DNA of 63,008 nt, filler included, from Octopus bimaculoides (lineage: Eukaryota): assembly GCF_001194135.2 (NCBI RefSeq). It is 5 parts of 5 records of this genome, joined end to end, with 100 filler letters (N's around TTAATTAATTAA, not from the genome) between each part and the next. Parts side by side here need not be neighbours in the genome. Positions count along the whole stretch, not along the records: positions 1 to 10,703 come from NC_069004.1; positions 10,804 to 15,222 come from NC_069007.1; 3 more parts are not named here. The stretch is one strand, 5' to 3'. The position numbers and the translations under genes are program-made. The notes beneath the pieces were generated by a model. The model saw only the letters and a list, made by a program, of their open reading frames with translations, did no database searches and was not told the DNA's origin. Within the stretch, counting starts at the first letter, position 1; every line of letters begins with the position of its first letter. Positions 1-12,789 of the stretch are shown one piece after another.

Positions 1-323
1 AGCCTGCTCGTGAAATTAACGTGCAAGTGGCTGAGCACTCCACAGACACGTGTACCCTTAACGTAGCTCTCGGGGATATTCAGCGTGACACAGTGTGACA
101 AGGCTGACCCTTTGAATTACAGGCACAACAGAAACAGGAAGTAAGAGTGAGAGAAAGTTGTGGTGGAAGAGTACAGCAGGATTCGCCACCATCCCCTGCC
201 GGAGCCTCGTAGAGCTTTAGGTGTTTTCGCTCAATAAACACTCACAACGCCCGGTCTGGGAATCGAAACCGCGATCCCATGACCGCGAGTCTGCTGCCCT
301 AACTACTGGGCCATTGCGCCTCC
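1..323 (-). mobile_element. tRNA-derived SINE, family M (3' end cut by window start)
   Basis: Minus strand begins GGAGGCGCAATGGCCCAGT...GGTTTCGATTCC (Pol III A-box and B-box). Near-identical copy at 45819-46196. Confidence 0.85.
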
Positions 324-1640
324 ACGCATAAAGAAGTACTGAGGGAGTAAATCTAGAATTATACTAATCTCGTGTAGATGCATATCATTCATATTACCTT
401 CAGTTCATACTGTTTGTAAAGTACATTCTATGATCACATGCAATGTCTATTTCATACACGTTTTAATTAGTTCGTGTTTTGTATTTCTGCTTATATAAGT
501 ATGTCACATACAGCTTGTATAGTCCCGTTCGTAATGTAGAATGTTTGCATCTTATTCAGTGGGTATCATGTTTTTTTTATGTACATATCATAGTCATATA
601 AAATATAGTTTGTATTTATTTACGTTGTAAATATGTAATAAAGATTGTAAATAATAAACATTTAATCAACATATGTGAATAAGTTTTATCTTTTTAATTT
701 GTCTTTTATTTCCTTAAACTGTAAAGTACATCGTATCTGTCGAATGTATTTCAAGGAGGTAAGTAAGAAATACCTTCAAAATTCATTTCAATTACGTTTA
801 AAAGTAATGTTTTTATTAAATGGCAGGATATCAAAAGCAGTTTTTGGAACTCCTCGTTTGTGCTTAATATGCTAATATGATACTTTCACATGTGCTAACT
901 TTTACCATGGAATTTCCAAAGGTCCTGCTAGTTATCATTATTATCATTATCCTCTTCTTTCAGTTTTGTTTCTATTTCTTGCCGAGAGTCTTCCCGACAC
1001 CTAGGACAAAGAAACTCACTGTATACATTGGTAGGCCATTAGCATAAATACACCGGATTGTTCATTTACAAAATCATGCGATAGAAAAAGGGGAAGAAAT
1101 AAAGAAAGAAAAAGGAAAGGAGAAAAAAATGTTTAAACTAGGGAAAAAATTGAAAAAAGAAAACAAAGAAAATAAAGGGGAAAAAAAGGAAAGAAAATTC
1201 ACAGCAGCAATATTCTTCTCAATGATGATGATAACAACAACAACAACAACAACAATAATAATAATAATGCTTATACATGTTTAACTATGATGTGATGTTC
1301 CATTGATAGATACCTTTATCGTAAATACGATGTGATGTTTTATAAATAGATTACTATACTTTTGTTAAAACTTTGAGATGTTGTCCATAAATTTCTATAT
1401 CTTAGCTATTCTATGTCCAACGTGTCGATGCTCCTCTCAAAAAAATCTCCCACTCACCTCCATTTCACCGCCAGGCATGTCAACTACCAATCCAATCAAA
1501 CAGCCTGTGTTAGTAGACACAACAAGCCCGCTCTTCTATTTAGCGCCGCTGCATCATCAGTAGCTAAACCAACAGCCGCATATCTGCCATCGTTTGTTGT
1601 CTAAAGAAATCAGGGGAGACTATATTAAGACCGCTAGGTC

Positions 1641-1704
1641 TTATAGTAATAATGTAATTATAGTAATAATGTAATTATAGTAATAATGTAATTATAGTAA
1701 TAAT
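1641..1704. repeat. 17-bp tandem repeat (TTATAGTAATAATGTAA, about 3.7 copies)
   Basis: Direct reading; lies at the 5' flank of the R4/Dong-like element. Confidence 0.85.
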
Positions 1705-1809
1705 AGTGAAACTACAGAGCGAACAAGTAAATAATAAGATAGGGATTATAGTAGTAATAGTGAAATTATAATAGTGAACATGTAAATTACATGTAAATTA
1801 CCCAGAATG

Positions 1810-2934
1810 ATTAATAAGTGGCGTTGTGAAACCGCCGAGTCGTCGGCGACTAAACCGGAAACCCCACTAAGCTTACTTGGTGAGGAGGGTGGATTTTCGA
1901 CACCCTGCGAGATTAAAAACAAAACCCAGCAAAGTGTAGAGGAACTCAGAAGAGTCAATGGCCATTCCGAAACAGGTGGACAATACTCGTGAGCATTGGT
2001 CGTCTAAGAGAAGGAACGCTCTGATTTAAAACTGGAGCAGATAGGGCTCCTTAGTCACAGTGGCGACAGCCTGTCAGTGTCCAACGGCTCCATGCCTGCG
2101 ATGAAGGCGAGTGAACCGAGAATCAGGACTTAATTCCGGAGCAATATTTGGATGATGATACGGGACCAACTGACGCTCACCTGCCTCCCAGTGAGAATCA
2201 TGATCATGGACCCCAACAGAAAGAAATGCGAAGGGAACAGGCCCAACTTATGGGTAGTAAGAGCTCTGCAGTTTTGGTTGACCTTCTTCCTAGAGCTGAT
2301 AAAAATACCGGTTGGTGGCTAACCTTAAAACAAACCTCATTGTTGAGTGAAAATGTCTAATACAAATGTATCAAATGACGGTGTTAATGAGGCTGCAACC
2401 AAAGGTGAAAACCTTTCGCCTGGCAGGTGCCCCGTGGTTGAGCAGCGCAGGCCCAGTCGTCATCCAGGGACTGCTTATACACAAAGCCAGAGCCAGAGAA
2501 GAAGGTGCGATAAGGAGGCAAACTGAACGGTAATTGAATGCTGGATCAGGAGTGAACCCAGCAGAAGGGGATTCCGCCAACGAATGAAAGCAAAATAGAA
2601 TGAAATAGGACTCTTCGAAACAAGTGAGCAACGGTTAGTTGACCAGGCAAGAGCAATTAGAGCAAAAGGGTGGTTAACAGACATGGAAACTGAAGAGATA
2701 AAGAGGAAAGTAGAAAATAGAAATAATACTTCACCAACAGATACATTGCCCAGTGAGAACAAAGAAATGAATGACGACAGTGAGGACGTAGAGCAAAGTG
2801 TAACTGTAAATGCATCCTCAGTAAATGAAGCAGAAGTAATAATATGATGACAAGAATACGATGATAACCAACAAGATATAGTGAGGATGCTGAGCCGACG
2901 TATCAGAGAAGACCAGGATCAAGCAAACTTCATC

Positions 2935-3006
<72 letters not shown>

Positions 3007-5865
3007 GCACACACACATAAACACACACAATCAGAGGTACATTGATCAACGCAAGCTCAAAGCTGAAACCGAAAAGATAGATTCGGTCTTTGGGCTATTT
3101 CAGAGGAGAAATTTAATTGAAACTAACAAGATTATTTGGGATGCAGTAATGGTTGCTGCAGATAGAGTTGGATACAAAAGAAGAGAAAAAAGAGAACGTA
3201 AAAAACCATTCCGGTGTCGATGAATTTGTGAGAGACAAAGTTAAGAACACATTTAGGACAAGTTGATAGTTTGAGAAAAAGGGAATTGCAGAACGAAAGC
3301 ATAAGAATAATGCTGGAATGAACACATAGAATAAGAGATAAAGGATATGATGTGATATTGGAAGAACTGAAACAAGGTAGTAACAATCAAAGTAAAACTG
3401 GAAAGACGTGAAAATAGAACAAAACAATTCAGGCAAAACAGATTGCTTGAAGCAAATCAGAAGAAACTGTCTCAGGAACTAGATGGGTAATTACACGTAA
3501 CAATGATACCAGATGCAGAAGAAAGCAGGGCATTCTGGAGATGGATCTGGGACCGACCCGTAGAGCATAATGACGAAGCGGAGTGGCTGCATGATATCCA
3601 AGATAGGTTAAGAAATACAGAAGTCCAAGAAGATACAAAAATAACTACAGAAATGATAAAAAAGCAGTTAAAAAATTCCCAAATTGAAAGAGCCCAGGAC
3701 TGGATGGGGTCCAAGGTTATTGGATGAAGAAGCTGAGAGGGCGCAATGAAAGGGTAGCGCAACAGCGAGATGAGTGCTTGCAGAAAGACGCAGTACCCAG
3801 CTGGACGACAAAGGGAAAGATATTGCTGTGTGCCAAGGATCCTGAAAAGGGAAATGTTGCATCCAACTTTAGACCAATAACGTGCCTTCTGCTAATGTGG
3901 AAACTAATGTCAGGTGCATTGGCCGGTGAGTTGTAGAGATACCTGGAAAACAGTGGGCTGCTACCTACTGAACAGAAATGGTGCCGAAAGAGGAGCCGGG
4001 GAACGAAGGATCAGCTCTTAATTGATAATTTAATTATCAGGAACTGCAAGAGAAGACACAAACCTGAGCATGACATGGGTTGATTATCGTAAAGCATGCG
4101 ATATGATACCATACTCCTGAATAATAAAAAGCAATGGAAATGTATGGAGTAGCAGAAAATATAATGGAATAGCATGAAATGCTGGAGAACGGAATTGACA
4201 GCAGGGAATCAAGAGAGGTATCTTACAGGGGTACAGTGTGTCCCCACTGGTCTTTGTGCAGGGAATGATCTCCTTGAGTGAAATACTACAGAAAACAAAG
4301 TTGGGGTGTGATCTGGGAAGAGGTAAATGAAAACTGAACCACTTGCTATTCATGGATGACTTGAAGCTGTTCAGAAAAAACTGAGGCAGAACTGGACAGC
4401 CTAATCCAGTCTGTGCGGATTTTCTCCAATGATATTAAGATGGAGCTTGGACTCTCAAAACGTGCTACGATGATGATGAAACGAGGAAAGCTTTTCAGAA
4501 CAGATGGCATATGGTTGCTAAGTGGTGAAATGATGAAGGTAATTCAACCTCAATCCAGCTATAAATATCTGGAAATACTTGAGGCAGATGGAATCAAATA
4601 CAATGACATGAAGGAAAAGACAAAAAGAGAGTATCTGCGGCGACTGAGAAAAATATTGACTTCAAATCTAAATACCAGAAACCTAATTTCCACAATAGAC
4701 TCGTACGCAGTCACGGTAGTTCGGTATGACGCTGGAATCCTAAAGTGAACAGAGGAGGAACTAAAGGAGATGGACAGGAAGTCAATAAAGCTTCTAACGA
4801 TGCATGGAGCCCATCACCCACGTGCGGACACTGATCGCCTATACATGAAGAGAGCAAATAGAGGAAGAGGACTGATATGTGTGGAAGACTGCGTGCGTTT
4901 CGAACTCGAAAGCTTAATGAGATACATAGCCCAAAGTAAGGAAACCTTGCTAGTAACAGTTAGGAATGAGGGAGTATTGAAAGCAGAGAAAAAAGGAAAA
5001 ACAAAGGAAGAAGTACAAAAAGGACATGAAGAGGAAATACGCAACAAGGGACTACATAATCAATTCCATGTAGCCACAACAGAAGTTGCTGGAAAACATA
5101 GGTGGGATTGGCTGATGAAAGGAACATTGAAAGAAGAGACTGAGAGCACTATACTGGTAGTGCAAGACTAAGCTTTGGCCGTGAATTGGTGGGTCAACCT
5201 TAGGAATGAACAAGTGTCTCTGCTGTGCCGCATCTGCAATAGAATGGATGAAACCATTGGCCATATCACGAACGAATTTCTTAGACTTACCCAAAACCAC
5301 TACAAGTTGTGGCGACACGATCAAGTAGCGAAAGTGCTACATTAGAAACTGTGCGAAAAGTGGGGGCTAGGGAGAAGCAAGATGTGGTATGAGTACAAAC
5401 CGGAGAGAGTGGAGTCGGAGACTAGCAAAATCCTCTGGGATTTTCCAATCCAAACAGATCAGGTGCTAAAGCATAACAGACCGGACCAAGTGATGGTGGT
5501 CAAGATGCACCACATATGCTATATAGTTGATGTTGCATGTCTCTTTGACACACGAATAGTCAAGAAGGAAGGTAAAAAGATAGATAAAGTACGAAATAGC
5601 CCGGCTATAGAAAATGAAGAAGGTGAAGATAGTGCCAATTATCGTTGGGTCCTTGGGAACAGTATCAGAAGGCATCAAGATCAATATAAAGGAAATTGGA
5701 ATAGAGTGCCCAGTAGAACTGTTATAAAAGGTTTGCTTCCTTGGCACGGCCAGAATAACTGGGTAAGTATTAGACAGCTGAAAAGAATGGATAGTAGGTG
5801 GCAGATAGTAAACCCGCTACGCATGTACAATTCCAGGGGCTCCAACAAAACCTGTGATAAAGAGA
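1810..5865 (+). mobile_element. Near full-length, decayed R4/Dong-like non-LTR retrotransposon (RT + CCHC + restriction-like endonuclease)
   Basis: Frameshifted single ORF. N-terminal [30 protein letters not shown] (~2540-2670), KDPEKGNVASNFRPITCL, RT core KLNHLLFMDDLKLF (4331-4372), HPRADTDRLY, CRICNRMDETIGH zinc knuckle, WDFPIQTDQVLKHNRPD RLE motif, terminal LGTARI. 3' UTR runs into (TAA)n. The 5' boundary is approximate. Confidence 0.88.
2935..3028. repeat. (CA)n microsatellite interrupting the LINE ORF
   Basis: Direct reading. Confidence 0.95.
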
Positions 5866-5878
5866 AATAATAATAATG

Positions 5879-5926
<48 letters not shown>
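5866..5926. repeat. (TAA)n tract between two R4/Dong-like elements
   Basis: Direct reading. Confidence 0.95.
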
Positions 5927-7040
5927 TTTAGGAATGATGTTACTCCTCCCGATACTGACAGACTGTATGTGCCTAGAAACAGGGGAGGAAGAGGCCTCAT
6001 AAGATGCAAGATCTGTGTTGTCAATGAGAAGAACAGTCTGGGAAGGTACATCAAACAGCAGAGTGAATCATTGCTTGCTACTGTTAGAGTCAACAATATA
6101 ATGCCTACCAAAAATGTGATGCACCCACAAACATTTAAGAAACAAAATGAAAAAGAAAGTAAGCAAATGGAAAATGAAATCACTTTATGGGCAACACCTC
6201 AGAGAAATCGAAGTAAAAGACAAGATGAACACTTGGAGATGGCTAAGAAAAAGTGATCTGAAAGGATGCACTGAGGCATTGATATACAGCGCCCAGGAAC
6301 AAGCTCTGAGAATTAATTACACCAAGTTCTAAATAGATAAGAGTAACGAATCTTCCCTTTGTAGGATGTGTGGCAGCAGAAACGAAACAATCTCATATAT
6401 TGTGAGTGAGTATAGCAAACTGGCCAAAAGCATTACAAAAGGATGCACAACAACGTGGAAGCTATGTGAGAAACTATGTGAGAAGTACGGCCTGAACAGA
6501 GCACGAAATGGTACGAACATGAACCGGAAGGAGTCACCGAGAACAAGAAACGTAACATACTGCAGGATTTTACAATCCAATGTGACTCACTAATCGAGGC
6601 TCGAAGATATTGTTGTGGTAGATAAAGGGAAAAGGAAACCAAGATCATAGATATTGCAATACTTGGAGATGCACGGATAAGTGACAAAGAATTAGTAAAG
6701 ATTGAAAAGTACAAACTACTAAAAGACGAAATTGCAAGAACGTGGGCTATGAGGAGAGTGTCTGTCATTCCAGTAAGTGAAGGGACACTCGGAGCACTAA
6801 CAACCAAGTTCGAGAAATATGTCAAAGAAATCGGAATTGACTTGAGAGTAGAGCAAGGCCAAAAAGCTGCTCTGCTGGGGACAGCTAGGATTTTGAGATT
6901 GGTACTTGGATCTTGAGTGTCTCACATGATAATTAACAACCAAGTATCAAGGCTTATAATGTGCAGAAAGACCTCTGACAGGAGGCTGATGTCCGCTCTC
7001 ACAGAATTTACAAGAACAGACAAGACCGAACGTTTTGAGA
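5927..7040 (+). mobile_element. 5'-truncated R4/Dong-like LINE, second subfamily
   Basis: DTDRLYVPRNRGGRGLI, WLRKSDLKGCTEALIYSAQEQAL, CRMCGSRNETISYIVSE, terminal LLGTARILRLVLGS* at ~6915. The 3' UTR runs into the N gap. Confidence 0.88.
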
Positions 7041-8387
7041 NNNNNNNNNNNNNNNNNNNNNNNNNNNNNNNNNNNNNNNNNNNNNNNNNNNNNNNNNNNN
7101 NNNNNNNNNNNNNNNNNNNNNNNNNNNNNNNNNNNNNNNNNNNNNNNNNNNNNNNNNNNNNNNNNNNNNNNNNNNNNNNNNNNNNNNNNNNNNNNNNNNN
7201 NNNNNNNNNNNNNNNNNNNNNNNNNNNNNNNNNNNNNNNNNNNNNNNNNNNNNNNNNNNNNNNNNNNNNNNNNNNNNNNNNNNNNNNNNNNNNNNNNNNN
7301 NNNNNNNNNNNNNNNNNNNNNNNNNNNNNNNNNNNNNNNNNNNNNNNNNNNNNNNNNNNNNNNNNNNNNNNNNNNNNNNNNNNNNNNNNNNNNNNNNNNN
7401 NNNNNNNNNNNNNNNNNNNNNNNNNNNNNNNNNNNNNNNNNNNNNNNNNNNNNNNNNNNNNNNNNNNNNNNNNNNNNNNNNNNNNNNNNNNNNNNNNNNN
7501 NNNNNNNNGAAACCATTATTATTATTAGTAGTAGTAGTAGGAGGAGAAGGAGAAAGAGGAGGATGAAGCGGTGGCAGCAATAGTTGTCATTGCGTGCCTT
7601 CACCGTTCTGCTGGACACTGCTTTGTGTACCATGGTCACACGCAGGGATTTCTTTTACTTGTTGTTTTCTATTGTATTGTAAATATTCTGTATCATATAT
7701 GGATGCAGTTCTCAGTTATGTCATCTTCTGTGTGTTGTATATATTTGTCAGTCCTGTGGGTTTTAATAGTATATTTGTTAACTTCTTGTTTTGCTTTTTT
7801 CCTTTTTAATAATTCCCAAGGAACCTATAATTAAATGGCGCTTATATCTAACGTCATTATCCACACTCTTGTCATTTATATTTCCATATTGTTAGATTCG
7901 AAAATCTCTCAGTTGCTTTCAAGTTATTTTAGTCGCTATTGAGATTGATACTTCGATCAAAAATCACTGCCTTCTTATATAAACCTTAAGAACAATATCC
8001 AGCCATTTAGTCTTAACATCTATTTGTATCAATTGGTATATCACTGAGAATTGTCGTTTTGTCATTTTCCGAGTCATTTTCTCCTGGTATTTCATAACTC
8101 TAGCATAACGAAACCAATGGTAGCATGCTAGACGAAAAGGACTTTTCATTTACTTCCATTTTTTTTTTTCTCTGTTCAGATGAATTTCTCAACTCTGAAT
8201 TTATGTTGATACTATTAGCTAATTTCTTAAAAATCAACAACTTAACACGTGTATGCAAATTAGCTGACCTCGTGTGAAATAAAATTCGTTTCATGTGTAA
8301 TAACTATGAGCGGTATACTGAACTGCTTAATGTTTCAATGTTCACATGTTCGTGCTACGTTAGTCTATTAGTCATATATGTGTAAAC

Positions 8388-8425
<38 letters not shown>

Positions 8426-8889
8426 TTCGATCACAGTAAATATATATACATATGTATACATACATTTACATATATATATACATATATATATAATATACGT
8501 AGTTCTCTTTTCTCTTTCGTTCTGCATATATGTTTATACACGCACACACACACACACACATGCATATATATATAGAGGCAGAGAGAGAGGGGGAGAGGGG
8601 GAGAGAGATTATGGAGATGAGTGTATTCTTCGTCACTTTGCATGTTACCAACCTCAAAAGGAAACACTTTGTACTCCCCACCTGATGGCTTTTAATTAAG
8701 AATGTAGCGCAAAAGAGTTTGGTAAATGTCTTTGAGAATTTCATTTCAATGAAGAATTTTCGTTTCTGCCGCACTTCTTATTGAAATTCCACTCCAACCC
8801 GCTTCGTTCTTTTCAAAACGAAGACAATCCGAGTTAATTGCCAGAGTTACATAGAGAGACTTGGAATCTTAAAGTGTGGAACAACGCCA

Positions 8890-10140
8890 AACTTTTGATC
8901 TTCTAAACACACACACACACATACACACACACACACACACATACACGCTCACTCATACACACACGCACACTTACTCAAGTCATACAATCACACACTCACT
9001 CACTCTCTCTCACTCTCTCCCTTTCTCTTTCTCTCTCTCTCTCACTCTCTCGCTCTCTCCCTCTCTTTCTCTTTTTCTCTCTCTCTCCCCTTTCTTTCAT
9101 TCTTTCCTCNNNNNNNNNNNNNNNTTCTTTCCAACCCTTTCAGCTACTTTGTTTCCATCCCTGTTACTCTCATTCGCTCTCATTCTCTCTCTCCCTCTCT
9201 CTCCCCCCTCTCTCTCTCTCTCTCTCATTTCCCTCTTTAGCTAACAGACACGCACTACATGTCAGTCTCTTACTGTCTCACCCTCTCTTTCTCTCACTGT
9301 CTCCCCTCTCTCTCTCTCTCATTCATTCACTGACTCTTTCGTCTCTCCGCCTTCAATCCCCTCTCTTTTTATTGACTACCTCCATCTCTCTCTCTCCTCA
9401 CCCTCTCACTCTCTCTCTCCCTCTCTTTTTCTCTCTATCTGTTTCATACCTACACACACACTGACAAAAAGCAGCTATCTCTCACATACACACACATATA
9501 TTCAAACAGATAAATTCACACATCGATGTACATGCTAGATACACACACACGCAACACACGCGCGCACACTCGAGCTTATTCTCACTCATTCACGTACTCT
9601 CACTCGTTCTCTCTCTTTCTCTCTTTCGTTCTCTATCCCTCTTTCTTTTTCTTTTTTTCTTTCTCTCTTTTTCTCTCTCTTTCTTTCTGTCTGTCTGTCT
9701 GTTTCACTCTCTCTCTCTCCCTCTCTATCACTGTCTATCTCTGTTTCACAAACACACACACACACACACACGCACACAACTAATACTCTTTTATTTTCTG
9801 TCTCTCTTCCATCCAAACAACACACTCTTTCTTCCCCGCCCTCTGTCTTTCTCTGTCTCTGTCTTTCTCTCTCTCTGTCTCTCTCTACCCCCCTCTCTCT
9901 CTCTGTCTCTCTCTACCCCCTCTCTCTCTCACTCCTTTTCACACTCATTTTTCCACACTTTTTCTCAAAATCTACTTTCATTATTTCTTTCCTTCTCTCT
10001 CTCTATGTCTCTCTCACACACATACAAACGTATACGTACACAGCACACGCACACAGATGCATATACGTATACATGCACATGCACACACAGGCAACATAGA
10101 AACACACGCACACATATACATACATACACACAACACCAAT
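8890..10140. repeat. Compound (CA)n/(CT)n microsatellite field
   Basis: Direct reading. Confidence 0.9.
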
Positions 10141-10199
10141 GGTACAGGACCAATGCTGCAATGCATTTATCAAAGTCGGATGATTAGCATGGGGCACGG

Positions 10200-10370
10200 T
10201 TAAACACTACAGCAGTACCTTTAATCCGGCTTATGGTTGAGGAGCTCGCTATGCAACCACGGCACCTTGGGCGTGTGTCGTGTCTTCTATCGTTGCCCCG
10301 GACTGACCAATGCCTTGCGAGTGAACTCGATAGATGGAAACTGTGTGGAAGCCTGTCGAGTGTACTGGTC
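10200..10370 (+). mobile_element. Degraded SINE family V fragment
   Basis: GGCACCTTGGGC...GCCTTGCGAGTGAACTCGATAGATGGAAACTG...GAAGCCTGTCG matches the core of the copies at 44952 and 50926. Confidence 0.6.
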
Positions 10371-10640
10371 CTAAATAAAGACAGTACAATCTGTCTTCCG
10401 TATTAATCATTTGGAATACACTCAACGTGCAACAAGGAATTCCTTACGTACATCCAGCAACGAACGTGTACTATCCCGGATGGCGCCTGGTAGCCGCAAG
10501 CGGTGAACGTGCTCCGCAGGCACACTACAAGGGACATTCCCATAACAAGTTTTGGATGCTACACCTTAAGATCTACCTAAACTTTAATTTTAAATACAAC
10601 ATATTTGTGTGTGTGTACATATGTGGATATATATACATAC

Positions 10641-10703
<63 letters not shown>

Positions 10704-10924
10704 NNNNNNNNNNNNNNNNNNNNNNNNNNNNNNNNNNNNNNNNNNNNTTAATTAATTAANNNNNNNNNNNNNNNNNNNNNNNNNNNNNNNNNNNNNNNNN
10801 NNNATATATATATTTATATATATTATATATATAAATTCAAAAAAAAGAAAAAGACAAAAAAACAACAACGTGAGGACGTGATACGGATTGTGTTACTAGA
10901 CGCTCGGGAAAGGAAAGAAAGAGA

Positions 10925-10959
10925 ATTTGACGTTTCGAGCGGAGCTCTTCGTCGGAAAC
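10925..10959 (-). ncRNA. Minimal type I hammerhead-like motif in a Penelope-like terminal fragment (core variant CCGACGA)
   Basis: Minus strand GTTT-CCGACGA-A-GAGC-TCC-GCTC-GAAAC-GTC-AAAT; palindromic ACGT stem III. Confidence 0.55.
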
Positions 10960-11111
10960 AAAGAAAGTCCAAAGAAGGGAAAAACGGAGGAAGAAAAATC
11001 GCCAACGATATCCACGAGGTTACATTATACACATATGTATGTAGGTATGTAGGTACATATGTTTGCATAAAGAACGTAGAATAACATTTGGAAAGGAAAC
11101 CATTTGCTCAC

Positions 11112-11358
11112 CTTTTGGCATGATGATGACTGAATACGAAGAGTGGTGACGGTCGCACACTGTGGAGTTGAATTTATGTTGTCTCTTGGCGAAAATTGTC
11201 AGAGTTATAAGATCATGTTCTGATTTATTCATAACAGATACATAACCAGGATGTCCATGCTTTGCAGATGTTTTGTGGTCGTGGTCGTGGTCATCTTCAT
11301 GGTGGCATTTATTGTGGACGGCAACGTGCATGGTAACCTCGGCACAATGGGCCTTCAC
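11112..11358 (-). CDS. Exon D1 (phase 0 to 1, 247 nt), His-rich copy of the repeated domain: VKAHCAEVTMHVAVHNKCHHEDDHDHDHKTSAKHGHPGYVSVMNKSEHDLITLTIFAKRQHKFNSTVCDRHHSSYSVIIMPK
   Basis: Acceptor ctttactgttttgatcag| and donor AAAG|GTGAGC. Paralogous to 14279-14513, with synonymous third-position changes and only in-frame indels in this frame. Confidence 0.8.
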
Positions 11359-11997
11359 CTGATCAAAACAGTAAAGATGTAACATTAACGGTCACCTCGA
11401 TCATTGGATAGCGATATCATCCCATCAACATACTGTCTGGCCCTTATAATATCCCTTCTATTACCTTCAAGTTTTATACCCCGACGCTGCCCATTGACTT
11501 TCCTGAATTTTCCAATTTTTCTATCTCAATAGAAATCCTTCCTAATTTCTGGGAATACCATTTCTTTAATTCCCTGCAATTACGGATTTATTTCCCACAG
11601 TCCCGAAAATTCAGACAGGATGTGGAGACAATCATCAACGATTCTTCTTCTCCAATATCTTAAATCCTTCTCCCTATTAAAGGATTACTAATATGACTTC
11701 CATAATAAGGTTCATCTGTATCGCATCTGTATCCAAGTTTACAGACCCACCTTACTCTCCTCTCCTCATCACCCATTATGAGATTTCACCCTCACAGGTC
11801 TCCTGTTGACCCTATACACCCGACTCCTTTATTTAAATCAGGCACAAACAGAACAACATTCATATGAATCGGACTAGTTTCAGAAAAGCAACGAGGTCTG
11901 TAGACGTTCAACCAACACCTACCAGCACATAGGACTAATAACATGACAATATAAATAGAAAAGAAACGTAGCTGATGTTTAGGAAAGATCGTCTTAC

Positions 11998-12119
11998 CCA
12001 AATCTTACTTCCTGAGGAATGTGTACTGTTGGTGATTTCCAAAACTTGCTTGTGATTTCGGCTATTCTTGGGAATAATGGTATTAATCAATTTACTGACT
12101 TCAGCAGCAACAGGTTTCG
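11998..12119 (-). CDS. Exon C (phase 1 to 0, 122 nt): (S)KPVAAEVSKLINTIIPKNSRNHKQVLEITNSTHSSGSKIW
   Basis: Acceptor gattttgtttgcag| and donor TGG|GTAAGA. Phases join exon B to exon D1 in frame. Confidence 0.7.
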
Positions 12120-12480
12120 CTGCAAACAAAATCGATCGTTTGTAATGAAGGTACAAAATCACATGCCTCTGTGTGTATGTGTGTGTGTGTGTGCGTGCGT
12201 GCGCGTGTGTTTTTGTATGTATGCGTGTATATATACATTTAATAAAAGAGAGACGGGCAATAGTAAACAGCGTTGAATTATTGAAATACAAGATATACAG
12301 AAGTGAGCATTAATTGTCTGTATTTATTATTGCCTTTAAATGCAGTCCTACGCATGTGATATAAAGAAATATATACACAAACACACATACATACACACAT
12401 ACACACAAATACATACACACATACATACAATACCGAAAGAGAAGGTGATGTTTAGAGGCTAAAGACTCGTAAATACTTAC

Positions 12481-12564
12481 AGTTGTAACATGCAGAGTCG
12501 AGTTGCTTTGCAGTACATGGGCTATGGACATGATTTACAAGGCAAGACGCTTCAAGTCTGGGTG
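12481..12564 (-). CDS. Exon B (phase 1 to 1, 84 nt): (A)PRLEASCLVNHVHSPCTAKQLDSACYN
   Basis: Acceptor ttgtctttctctttcacag| and donor |GTAAGT. Only the phase-1 frame is open; C-x8-C-x8-C. Confidence 0.78.
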
Positions 12565-12789
12565 CTGTGAAAGAGAAAGACAAATGTGAGAACAGGAAGA
12601 GACAGACTTTTTATTGGTAGTGAGCGCCTCTAAACGTGATGATACTTATATAAATATATTGTATTTGTTCAGTTTAGTAGCAGTAGTAGTAGCGGTACTG
12701 CTAGTGCTGGAGGATATAGTCGTGTTGAGGTTGTAATTAGAAGTGTGTTGTCAGTGGGAATGGAACTTCCTAGCCAAACTTTGAAAACT

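Noticed and set aside
255-323. tRNA genes (also 46128-46196 and other SINE heads)
   Set aside because: The tRNA-like heads continue into shared SINE bodies, with no clean cloverleaf ends.
1810-2140. HDV-like ribozyme in the R4/Dong 5' UTR
   Set aside because: Plausible by family precedent, but I could not fold a convincing nested double pseudoknot by eye; it needs an RNArobo or Infernal search.
11792-12001. ORF with a signal-peptide-like stretch (FFSIYIVMLLVLCAG)
   Set aside because: It is the T-rich intron and acceptor tract between exons C and D1.
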